Below, piece after piece: positions 27,299-38,418 of a stretch of 64,000 bases of DNA. The notes beneath the pieces were generated by a model. That model saw only the letters and a list, made by a program, of their open reading frames with translations. It had not been told where the DNA came from and made no database searches. The DNA is from the human T2T-CHM13v2.0 reference genome, Homo sapiens. How positions within the stretch are numbered: position 1 is the stretch's first letter; every line of letters begins with the position of its first letter. The stretch is taken from NCBI RefSeq assembly GCF_009914755.1, contig NC_060941.1. One strand, given 5' to 3'. A program made the translations under genes and the position numbers.

Positions 27299-28703
27299 AA
27301 TGCACATACACTTCTCTCCCCTCCTTGGAAGGACTAGAAGGAAATGTCCATGTTGCTTTTCACGGGGAACAAAAAAAGGCAAAAAGGTTCTGGACACTGC
27401 TCAGGTGTCAGTGTCGCCGGCCAGTGGCAGCTTGTGGGCTGCTGTAGGCCGTGAGCCCCATGAGATGGAGGAGTGGGTTTCAGGCCCCTGCCCTGGCCAG
27501 GCCTGGCTCCACACGTGAGGTCTCTGGAGTACCCCTGGAGGGGTCTGAACCAGCTCACCTGGCGCCTGGTGTGCTGGGAGGGATATGGCTGTCAAAGGCC
27601 CCCAAAAAGGACCTTCCCACCGATGGGCTGGGTTGAAGTCCCAGTGGCCCCATGTGGCCAGGTCTTCATCGAAACACGGCTTCTTTCCTTAAAAGGTCCC
27701 CTCTGGTCTGCACTGCCGGAGGCCAAAGGAGAGGGGTGCTGGGGCCCGGCTTCCCGGGCTGTGGGTGGCACGCTCCTCTCTCAGGGCCCTCTGGGCTGAA
27801 GCAGTGCAGCACAGCTCCAGAGGTGAGAAGGGAGGGGCAGACCCCAGCCTTGCAGGATCTGAGGAGGTGGGAAGGTCGAGGGCAGGGCCGTCCTGGGGCA
27901 GAGCTAGCTGAGCTGGGCACACAGGCCGACCTCCCAGGCCCCATGCTGCTCTCAGATGCAAACAGCAGGGATGGATGCTGTCTGGCCCTGGGGTAAGGGC
28001 CAGTGTCCTCAGCCATCCCCTCTCCTCCACGGGAGAGCACAGGGTACCATCCCAGGACGGCCTGCCTTCACCCTTCAGAGACAGTTCACTTCTATTACAA
28101 AATAAAAATTCTCTGTAGAGAGCCCCCGCCCCCGGCCTTTGACAAACCACTAAAAGACATTTATTACATCAATATAAAGATATGTCGCTCTGAGAAAGGT
28201 TTGCAAACAAAGACAAATGCGTGTACTGAGGTTGCACCAACCCCAAAGCACGCACGCAGCTAACAAAGTTGGCAAATATGAATTTTCATCATGAGATTTT
28301 TCCAAAGCCAGAAGAAAGAAGGAAATGAGGTACGTCCTCAAAGAAAAGGCCTCCCCCAGCCACGCACGCACACACGTAGACACACACATGTAGACACGCA
28401 CACACAGATCCTCTCACCAACTTCTGCCTTGTTCAAGACGTTGCAGCACCCACTTCAGCTGTGAATGGGGCATGCCTGAGAGAGTCCGGGCTCCTACAGA
28501 GAAGTGGGGCTTCCTCAGGGACAGATGGGAGCAGGGGCTGCTTCGTGTGCATGAGGACAAAACCAGGCTGTGTGCGTGTGCGTGTGCAGGGGCGACGGCC
28601 TCGGTTCATTCCTGGGGAAAAGGGAGAGAAGAGACGCACAAAACAGATCATCGCCGCACAAGCAGGGGGCGAGGGCGGGCGGGCTCAGCCTGGCCTGCCG
28701 TGC

Positions 28704-28925
28704 TCAGTTGATCTGGCGACAGGCCTCGAAGGTCCACTTGGTGGCCCCGCCGTAGATCTCGATGTGGGATTCAGCCCAGGCGATGACATTGCCGGACAGA
28801 GCCTTGGTGCTGCAGGTGGCCAGGTTGTACACCTCCCCGGGGGTCAGCTTGCGGTCCCAGATGTTGAAGTGGGCCAGCTCACCCACAAATGCCTGGGTGG
28901 CATCAAACCCACCACCCAGAGTGTC
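28704..28925 (-). CDS. NPTX1: NPTX1 coding part of exon 5 (DTLGGGFD...ACRQIN*)
   Basis: Acceptor tttttctctgaag|GAC, TGA stop at 28706-28704. Confidence 0.98.
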   Translation of the reverse strand, partial: DTLGGGFDATQAFVGELAHFNIWDRKLTPGEVYNLATCSTKALSGNVIAWAESHIEIYGGATKWTFEACRQIN

Positions 28926-31900
28926 CTTCAGAGAAAAACAGAGGATGAGAGTGGAGGGGTCGCCAGGTGGTCTGGGGGCCCATCCCTAGGCCGGGGATCT
29001 GAGTGCCTCTGTGCCTGCCCGATCACGGACTCTCACGGCCACTCCTAGGTGCCGTTTCGTCTCCCTGTCCCTGACTCTCCAGCCCTACATCCATCCCTCC
29101 TCTGGAGGAGCCCAAGAAAAGGGATGGCACCGACCACCTCTGCCCTGGAGCTTCTCCTGGGGGGACCTGGACTCTGCCCCTCCTGCAGCTGGTCCCTCAG
29201 CCATGGACAACCACAGCAGCTGGGCCTGGGGCCCCTGCCCAGACATCACTCCATGCCACCTAAAGCTGCCCAACAGGGACAGATGTCCCCGATTCTCCAT
29301 CCCTTCGTCTTCCTCCCAGGTGCCCAACAGGAGACAAACCACTTCACGGGAACTAGATTATGCATCACTAAAAGCAGAACTGGCCTTCCCATGCCAAAGA
29401 AAGTGTTGCTGCAGCTCTGAGAGCGTTGAAACCAGAGCTCACTCCTGCAGGAAGTTCAAGTGCATGTCCACCCAGGGCACAGGCCTTGCCCAGCCTGCTC
29501 CCCGGGCTGCTTCTCAGGGGAACCACTTCTCCGGCTACCTCCCTCCCTCCTTGCTCCTCTTCCCCTTCCCAGCCTCTGGTTCTGAAGCTCTCTCCCCTTC
29601 CCCACCACATCCAGCACAGTACCTGCTCCTGGCCCAGCACCAGCACGCCCTGGGGCTTGATGGGGTGATAGGGCGCCAAGTTCTCGCCACTGCCACCCTG
29701 CGTGCCATCCTGGTAGGCCTCCCAGACCCCGTCCCGGGTGGTCCAGGTGACACAGATGTGGTGCCACTTGCCATCATTGATGACAAAAGGCAGCTTGGCC
29801 ACCTGGGAAGGAGAATGACAGACGCCAGCTGGTGAGTACAGGGGTACAGCCCAGAAGCCATAATCTTCACTGCCTCAGTTGTTCCTATCTCTACTTGCAA
29901 AGTAAATGTCAATAACTATTACTGAATTCTCACAGCACCTACTGCCCCAGACTTCAGCGTCTGTCAGCCCCGCCTGGGCGTGGGGCACAGAATCACACAG
30001 GAAATGTAAGGCTCTACCGAGGGAACCCCCAAGGGCCATGTGGGTGTGCAGTCTCTTCACTCCTACTCACCCTCCTCCCTCTTTGCTAGTCTACACAACA
30101 AGCCCTAGTCTACACCAGGGAGAGCCGTCCCTGGTGTCTGAGTTCACTGCTGCCTCTCAAGGCTCCGTGCGACATCTGTGCAGCCTCCTTGCTGGCCTCT
30201 CCTCTCTCTTCCGATGTCCCATCTCTAGCTGTTACACCCTCTCACTCTACAACACGGCAAGCTTTTGCCGAGGATCTGAGAGATGTCATGGAGCACGATG
30301 CCTTTTAAAGCTCAGACCAGCCTCCAACCTGGAATTTCACTCTCCCACTGCCATTCCAGGTCGGGAGGATGATGGTCCAGCAGACAGTGAGGAAAGAAAC
30401 TTCACACCCTTTCCGCTTGGGGAAAGGGGGCCCAGAATGGCACAGCCCTTTGTGGGGAAGAGCAACAGGAACAAGGGCGTGGAATCCACTTCCCAGCCCA
30501 GGTTTTAGCCATTGACTACCACTGCTGGCCTGGACTTGAGACAGTTTGAAAGCTGGCAGCTAGTTCCATAGCTAACAGGGGAGGATGGAGAATGTTCACT
30601 AGAGGGAAAGGCTGCCTGTGCTGTCCTGTTCCAAGGGATCACACAGACCTGTCCTCCTCCCGAGAGTTAGGGGGCTGAGTGGGATAGACTTGGACTCAGG
30701 AAAAATCTCTAAGGACCCCTCACCCCGCTAGAGCATCTCTGGGTCCCTGCTATGGAGGGGCAAAGCCAGTTCCAAGGCCAGCTGGTGGAGGAGTCCAGAT
30801 CACATCATCGGGCAGGGCCAGGCCCCATGGCTCGTTCTCCGCCATCTCCCGTACCCACCCCAGGAGGCATCCGGGAAGGTCCAGCTCTCCCTGCTCTCCC
30901 AGTACAGGTGAGGGGGCTCCTACCACTTCTCCTGGTCTTCACCCTCCTCCTCCCTCAGTCCCACCTGGCAAACACTTTCCTTGGGGCCCCATCAACATCT
31001 GAGGCCACCATAGCCCTGTCTCAGCATGCAACATGAGCTGGGGCCCTGGGGCCTCGCCCTGCCGCCCTGTGAGCCCGGGGGCTGCTCTACCTTGTCATTG
31101 ATGAGGATCTCCATGGGGTTGTTGCCCCACTCAATGAGGACCAGCTCGTTGGCCTGGCCGGGCACAGCGTAGGAGAAGGGCGTGCCCACACCTGGCGTGG
31201 CGCTGGACTTGAGCCACATGCAGACAGTGAAGGCGTACATCTCTGGCAGGCTCTTCTTCACCTTGGCATACATATAGTTGGTCCGCAGTGGGAATGTGAG
31301 CTGGAACTTGTCTCCAGGGCGGTTGTCTTTCTGACCTGCGGAAGACACAGTCCTGACATCTGCACCTGCGTGAAGTGCTTATCGGTGTCTGAGTTGAGTT
31401 CGGTCCCCACCAAGCTCTGTGATGCGTGGCCAGGGCAGGCTCCGGTCTCCATTCTGGAGACGCAGAGCGGGTAGCTTCCCAGGTCAAGTACTTTGCCCCA
31501 AGGCACAGGGCCAGTCTGTAAAGAGCTGACCCAAGCTCTTCATGCTCCAGGTCTGGCCTGCTGTCACGCCCATGTGCTGGCATCCTCGGGGAGATGGGGG
31601 TGGGGGGCAGTGCCTGGTGGGCTGCTGCATCAACACTGGGCTGCGTGGTGGGCATGAGAAGGGAATGGGGACAGCCGCCAAGCCAAGTCAACCCAAGGAG
31701 CAGGGGTGGCTGCAGAGGAGGAACGAGGCTAGCTACCCTGAGAGTAACCGACCTGATTCCAGGATGGGGCGGGGCTCAGAGCCTCTCCTCGCTCAATCCC
31801 AGGCTCTGCTCCTGCCTCTCCCCACCCGACAGCCAGGCCCTGGTGCCCACACACTTCCCTCCAGGCCAGATGTGCCTCTGACCCACCAATGCCTCTTGGG

Positions 31901-34336
31901 TGTGAGGCTGGGCAGCTCCCCACCTCCAAGGCCCTTCCTTGGAGCAGGGACTCTGCCTGGAGCTCTGCTGAGAGGGCAGGGCAGCAAGGAGCTGGGAGTA
32001 CTCTGGGCGCCAGGGCTCCCCAAGGTGACTGCTCTAGGATGCCGCCACACTCTCAGGTGAGTAAGTGTCCTCACAGCTCAGGTTCCAGGCCTGGTGGCCT
32101 CCCTTTCCACAAGGCCCACCTTCTCCCTCCCCACCGGCCACTTCTCCCGTAAGCGCCAACCCCCATAGCCCATCTATATACTGTGGCACCCTGGGTATGG
32201 TGTGACTGACTCCAGGCAAAACATTCCTGGCCAGCAATGGGCACAGTAGCAGGCCCAGAGCCCAGGAACACACACCCCTTGGTCAATCCCTGGGTGAGCA
32301 GCCGTGGTCCTGCCAGGAAGCCCAGAAAGAAACCAGTTCCCCAGGCCAAAAATTATTTCTAGAAGACATCCTGCCCGGTCAGCAACCACCCCCTCCTCTA
32401 AACCAACTGGCAGGGAGCAGAGCAGGGCAGGCCCCCTCAGTGCAGCACCCCAGCGGCTACCCCAACCCATTGAGGCCTGCAGTGGGGGATAGGGAGGGGC
32501 CCAGCCCCTGGCCTTTCTCCGGGTGTTTTTCATTCCCCAATCTCCGCTCCTTCCCTCTCCCTCCCTCCTGAGGTCCTTCCTTCTGATCTGTTTTTCAGTT
32601 ACATAACAAGCCTTAAGATGGCACTGTTTAAATCTGTCCGGCACATTTTGCGGTCTGAGCAGGGTCACGTGGCCTTGCTCCGCACCGGGCACCCCCCCCC
32701 TCCCCTTTTACAACCTTGTTTGATTTCTGCGACTTCAAGACAGAGCCTCCAGCGCTCATCCAGGCGCCCTGGGTGATAGACTGGCTGGCCTGAGTTGGTG
32801 ACTGAGAAACCTCAGGGATTTGAAAGATGCCAGGACTTGGGTCACTCAGAAAAGAAAACCTCAGGGTAGGGGTTCAGGACAGAAGTGGGGAGGAGCTGGA
32901 GATCCTGAGAGGACACCGGGGGCATGGCAGCCGGGAAGAAACCTGCTTAACAGCCTCAGCGGCCCGGGGAACGAGAGCGCCCAGCCCCAGCCTGCACCCA
33001 GCTGTACGCTGAGGCTGGGGACCAGGGAGAGACAGGCTTTCTTAAGCAGGGAGGGTTTGAGCCAGCGACAGCCACTGTGCAAAGTTACTGAGGATTAAAC
33101 AAATCAGACTTGAAAAATCCAGCGAGTGTGTGAGTGTGTCTGGATGGGGGAGGGGGCACTATGCAATCCCCTTTCCCAGAGACAGCCCCAGCCCAAGGCA
33201 CCCAGCCCTGATAGAAACACCGACTAGAAGCCCAGAACCTGGGAAGGGGTGCGGGGAATGAGAAAGCGGTGCAGGGGTTGGGGGTAGCGGAGCGGCTTGA
33301 GGCTTGCACAGTGCAGAGCTGGGCTGTTAGGGATCGGGACCGAGGCAGGGTCGGGCAAGCAGGTGCAGGCAGGCAGCACGGCTCCCCCTGGCCCCAGTAC
33401 CTTTCTCGAGCTCGCTGATCCGCTGGTGCAGGGAGGTCAGGGCGGTCTCGATCTTGACCCTCTCCTCGGTGTCGTTCCTGGGGCCCCCCTTGCCCTCCTC
33501 CAGGGTGTTCACCCGGGACAGCACCTGCCTCTCCAGCTCATCGATCTTGCTCTGCAGCAGATCCTTGAGGCTGTTGGTCTGGCTGGAGGAATTGAGGCGG
33601 CTGTACTGCTGCGGGGTGCAAGGGCGGGGGAAACCACACCGTTAGGCGAGGCGCGGGGACCGTGCTGGAAGGCCCGCGGCGCGGTCCCCTCTGGGCGACT
33701 GCGGGGGCGGCCTGGCAGGGAGCTGGGGCGAGTGGCCGCCGCGGGGCCTCGCAGGCGCGGGGAGGCACCGGCCGGGCACCCGCGCGGCTGAGGCGAGGGC
33801 GGGGGATGCCTGGCCGGGTAGGGAACGGGGTGGGGGAGGGCAGAGGGGCGAGCGAGCCGGAGGGGGAACCGGAGCCGAGGGCGCGCGCGGACCTCGAGGT
33901 TCTCCAGGCGGGTTTTGAGCGATTGCAAAGTTTGCCCGAGTTGGCTGAGCGTCTCGGCGGCCGGTGTCCGGGACAGGTCGCCCATGGTGTTCTTGCCCGA
34001 GCCGGGCTGCTTGCGGCCGCCGCCCGCCCGGGCCTCGCCGGCTCCGGGGTCCAGCGTGCTCTGGCTCTCGCAGCGGCCCAGCTTGGCGGTCAGCTCGCGG
34101 ATGGTCTCCTTCTGGCTCAGGATGGTCTCCTTCTGCTGCAGCACCGTCTCGCGGAGCTGCAGCACGCTGCTCCGGAGCTCCTCGGCGCCGCCGGCGGCCA
34201 CGGACGCGGCGCACATGTCGGCGTCCACGGGCACCGAGGTGCAGATGAAGCGCGTCGGCCCGAAATCCTGGGCCCCGGCGCCCAGGAGGCAGAGGGCGAG
34301 CAGCGCACAGGTGCGCGCGGCGCGGCCGGCCGGCAT
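28704..34336 (-). CDS. NPTX1: Neuronal pentraxin-1, spliced CDS join(34336..33893, 33608..33401, 31335..31091, 29802..29623, 28925..28704), 432 aa
   Basis: Exon lengths 444+208+245+180+222 = 1299 nt with consistent phases, and all introns are GT-AG. The protein MPAGRAARTCALLALCLLG...TFEACRQIN has a signal peptide, a coiled coil and a pentraxin domain with the HICVTWTT signature. Confidence 0.99.
29623..29802 (-). CDS. NPTX1: NPTX1 coding exon 4 (VAKLPF...HICVTWTT...LGQEQ)
   Basis: Acceptor ccttcccag|GTG, donor CAG|gtac, 180 nt, contains the pentraxin signature. Confidence 0.98.
31091..31335 (-). CDS. NPTX1: NPTX1 coding exon 3 (GQKDNRPG...ILINDK; start of pentraxin domain)
   Basis: Acceptor tcttccgcag|GT, donor AAG|gtag, 245 nt. 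Confidence 0.98.
33401..33608 (-). CDS. NPTX1: NPTX1 coding exon 2 (QYSRLNSS...ISELEK)
   Basis: Acceptor ccccgcag|CAG, donor AAAG|gtac, 208 nt. Confidence 0.97.
33893..34336 (-). CDS. NPTX1: NPTX1 coding exon 1 (aa 1-148; signal peptide and N-terminal coiled coil)
   Basis: ATG at 34336 in the context GCAGCCATGC. Ends ...LENLE, followed by a GT donor at 33892. Confidence 0.98.
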
Positions 34337-34495
34337 GGCTGCGGGCACCGGGCGCTCCGGGCCCGGCTCGGCTCGGCTGGGGCTCGGCTCCGGCTGGGAC
34401 CCGGCTCGGGCTGTGGCTCCGCGAGCGGCCCGCGCTCTGGGCGCCGCGCTCTTCGGCCGCGCGGTCCACACCGCCGCGCTATCAGGCCCCCACTG
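34337..34495 (-). other. NPTX1: NPTX1 5'UTR (TSS approximate)
   Basis: TSS inferred about 25-30 nt downstream of the TATA-like box at 34527-34520. Confidence 0.65.
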
Positions 34496-34519
34496 CCGCC
34501 TGCGCTGCGGAGCCCGCGC

Positions 34520-34710
34520 CTTTTATGCCGCCGCGGGAGGGGCCTCGAGCCGCCGACGTCAGCGGGGGAGGAATCCCGCTTTAATTGTCCGCGGCCCGGG
34601 CCCGCGGCGCGGCGGGGGTCTCACGAGCGCGCCACCGGGGCTGCCTCCGCTCGCGTCCCCCCCGCCCTTCTGGGAGCTGCCGCGGCCCCCTCCTCCCCCG
34701 CCCCCGCCTG
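34520..34710 (-). promoter_or_regulatory. NPTX1 core/proximal promoter
   Basis: TATA-like CATAAAAG (34527-34520), CRE-like TGACGTCG (34561-34554), TTAATT (34581-34586), EGR site GCGGGGGCG (34707-34699) and GC boxes. Confidence 0.75.
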
Positions 34711-37196
34711 GGCCGGCGCTGCTGCCCCGAAGGCTCCGAGAGCTCAGGGGGAAGGAAGTCGGGCTCCGGCCCCGGACTCGAGGATGGACCACCTGCGTGG
34801 TGTCCCCGAACCTCCGACGGGGCTCCAGGCGGGCGGGAAACCACCGCGTCCGGGAGATAGAATTCGGTTCGGCCCTCCTGGCTGCACTGAACACCCTTGG
34901 GCCGGGGTCGTTTGGAGCCGGGCTGGGTGCCCAAGGACCCAGGTCGTCAACACCCGAGTGCCCGGTGGTCAACGGCTCGGAGTGGGGCCTCGCGGCGCCA
35001 CTAAGTCCAGAGCGGGGGTCACCGGGCCGCCCCGCGTTTCTTAGATGTCCGTGTGCTATTGAGAAGCCGCCGGGCAGCCTGGGTACAGGGACTTCCCACG
35101 GGTCGGGGCCCCCGGCGCCTCCCCTCCCCCAGCTCCCGGGCTCTGTGGACCCGGCCCCGTCCCCGGGGGACTGTCAGTCCCCACCCCGTGCGGGCGGGGC
35201 GCTGGGGACTTCTCGGAGGCAGACCTAGCTGATCGAGCCTTTCCTGTCCGCGGCGCCGGCCCGATCGCGGGCAGGCGGCGTCGCCGGGGCTGGACGTTCG
35301 CAGCGGCGCTTCGGAAGGGGGCCCCGCGGGAGCAGCCGCCCGCGTCTCCAGCAGCTTCCCCTTGCCAGGCGCCGCGCGCGCCCGGTATCCCCGGGTGTCC
35401 ACCTGTGCGTGGGGGGCTGTTTCCCGTCTGTCCAGCCGCGCCCACTTCTCAGGCCCAAAGGCCAGCAGGAAGGGTCCCGGAGGTGGCTGGGGGCGTCCAC
35501 CTGAGAAGCTCCGCTCTCGCTCAGACACCCCACCCGGCACCCGCGCACTCGCGCCTTCATCTGGACCGCGGGGCTCGGCTCCCGAGATCGCGGTCCGGGT
35601 TCCGGCGCCGGGCTGGGGGCTCAGGACCAGGGCTGGCGCAGCCGCCCCGCCCCGCCCCGCCCCGGGGCTATCAGAGCGGTCAAAGCCTCGGAAATCCCTC
35701 CGTCCACGCTCCCGTGGTACAGAGAAGGAAACTGAGGCTCCGAGACTGCGGGGCCGGGCTACAGCCGTGGCCCCCCGACCCCTCCCCGCCGCCCCCGGCT
35801 TCTCTGGTCTCTGCGTTCTGCAGCCTTTCCCTGCGCGCAGCCGGGGGCTGGGGGTCCCCAGCCAGCAGGGACCCACGGGCAGTCCCGGGTGCCGGGATCG
35901 GGCGTCCGCCCCTCGGGCGGGAGCAGAGGCCGGCTCGATGGAGACCTTTTTGAGAAATGGCGGCCTCTACCCGCCCCCCAGCCCCCGAGCGCCCGCCGTC
36001 TGCGTTCAGCATCTCAGCTTTTAAGCCTCCCTGAGCCGGGGCTGCGTTCTCGTTGTCTCCTTCGGCCGCCGCTTCCTGGCGCCAGAGGGACCCCGCGGCC
36101 CGCACGGGCCTGTCCTCGGCTCCGCTCGGAGGGTGTGCGGGTTCCCGCTCCGCTGGCCCCGCTTGCCCACCACGGCGCGCCCAAACCCACGCGGCCCGCG
36201 GCCCCTTGCGTGCTCTGCCGACCCCGGGCCGCAGGAGGGGTTAGCCTCGCCGGTCCCCACGCGGGGTCTGCGCCGGCAGCGCCACGGGCTGGAACGCGCC
36301 TCGGGAGAAATTACCCGCGCGGGGTCGCGGCGTCTTCTGCCCCAACTCCCGTAGGGAGCCGCTAGGCGGGTGCCCTCCTGGCCCCAGCGCTTTGGCCTCG
36401 CCGCCCTCCCGCACGCGTCCAGTGGGGAGGCCGCGCCCGTCAGGCCTGGAGCCGGACCGTGCCCAGCCGAGAGCGCGCGGGCGCGGGAGAGGAGCCCTGC
36501 CCTGCCCAGGGCAGGCTGTTTAGACGGGGCGGGAACCCTTAGCCTGGCCCCGCGTCTCTATCCCCAGCAGCCGTGGAGCCTTCCTAGCCGCCCAAGGCCA
36601 GGGACCCTGCCTGGCTTTTCCTCCAGGGCAGCAGATCTCAGCGGCCTGGCACCTCGGCACAGAGGAGCGTGTCCCCCTTCCGCAGAGGAAGGGAGTGGAC
36701 GGCGTCAGAAAGGGAGGGGAGCCTGGGGCGGTGTCTGGGGCTAGCGGGACCTCTGGGCACTGTGGGGCCCCAGGAGAGGAGACCCTCGGGTCCAGCCTGC
36801 AACTGTTGTGCAGGAGGCGCTGGGCGGGACACCTGCAGGCGCTGCACACACACGCGAGGGCCACCATGCCGCGTTTCTCCTTCACAAGACCCTGGGCAAG
36901 CGGAGGGTCGTATTTAGGATTCCCTCGGCCTCCCCAGTGTTCTGAAAGTATCTGAGAGGGAGGGAGCAGGAAAACGAAGGGCCGCCCTGCCCAAACTCAT
37001 CGGGGTGTCTGGTTACTAGGTCGGAAGAGGGGGGATGGTGTTGTGAACAGCCAGTGATCCCGGCCCTGCCTGAGTCCCACACCCCAGATGCAGCTGGGGT
37101 GAGGGAGGCGATCCCGTAATATTCCCAGCCGCGTACATTTGTGGCTGCCTGTGACACGACCTCACTCATTGGGAAACCATGCACACTAGCACACTG

Positions 37197-37408
37197 TTAT
37201 TTTATTTTTGAGACAGGGTCTTGCTCTGTTGCCTAGGCTGGAGTGCGGTGGCGCAATCACAGCTAACTGCAGCCTCGACCTCTTGGGCTCAAGCGATGCT
37301 TCCTGCACCACCACACTTCAGCTAATTTTTTTTGTTTTTTTCGTAGAGATGGTTGAACTCCTCTTGCCTTGGTCTTGGGACTACAGGTGCAAGCCACAGC
37401 GCCCGGCC
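37197..37408 (-). mobile_element. AluJ, internally deleted
   Basis: Antisense Alu with missing segments. Confidence 0.85.
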
Positions 37409-37485
37409 TAGCACAATAGTACTTATTATACTACTCCCACCATAACGGTGCAATAGATGTGAATAAAACTCAAAAGCATAGACAA

Positions 37486-37861
<376 letters not shown>

Positions 37862-38114
37862 TTATAAGTTTACTTAGTTTAAAATGTAATAGTGGCTGTG
37901 TTTAACCATCGACCTGTGAAATTCCTGCAAATGCCACCATCAGTGGGTACTGGCCGGCTCAGCTCACTCCTGGTGGAAGGGCACGGAGAGGCCTGCAGAG
38001 GTTAGTTGGTAGTGGGAGGGGGAGTGTAGAGAAGGCAAAGGGGGCAGGTGTCCAGGAGAGGCCCTGGTTAGTGGCCAGTATGGAGAGGGTGGCCAGGCAT
38101 AAGAAGACTAGACA

Positions 38115-38418
38115 GACCGGGTGCAGGGGCTCACGCCTTGAATCCCAGCACTTTGGGAGGCCGAGGTGGGTGGATCTCTTGAGCCCAGGAGTTTGACACC
38201 AGCCTGGACAACATGGCAAAATCTCATCTCTACAAAAATACAAAAATTAGCCAGGCATGGTGGGGTGCACCTGCAGTCCCAACTACTCTGGGGACTGAAG
38301 TGGGAGGATTGTTTGAGCTCGAGAGGTTGACGCTGCAGTGAGCCGAGACCACGTCACTGCACTCCAGCCTGGGCAACACAGCAAGATCCTGTCTCAAAAA
38401 AAAAAATTTTAAAAAAAG
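38115..38418 (+). mobile_element. AluJ
   Basis: Full dimer with ttgagcccaggagtt, typical of AluJ. Confidence 0.92.

Larger units (their letters stand above)
24720..28703 (-). other. NPTX1: NPTX1 long 3'UTR (~4 kb; 3' end approximate)
   Basis: Alu-free stretch after the stop codon, with AU-rich and UG-rich segments. It ends near an AGTAAA hexamer with U-rich upstream and GU/U-rich downstream sequence. Confidence 0.8.
33330..36550. promoter_or_regulatory. NPTX1 CpG island (exons 1-2 and ~2 kb upstream)
   Basis: Very high GC and CpG density, with tandem CCGCCC boxes at ~35642-35663. Confidence 0.92.

Noticed and set aside
33500-33530. REST/RE1 site in NPTX1 exon 2 (GGACAGCACC)
   Set aside because: Only the right half-site matches. 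Other candidates (52630, 60380) also miss core positions.
28704-34336. Ataxia-associated NPTX1 substitutions (R143, E327, Q370, G389, recalled from memory)
   Set aside because: All four residues read as the reference amino acid in this sequence.
33662-35228. Long plus-strand ORFs (460 and 437 aa) antisense to NPTX1 exon 1
   Set aside because: Expected stop-codon depletion in a CpG island and opposite a GC-rich CDS. Low-complexity G/A/R/P content with no recognisable domain.
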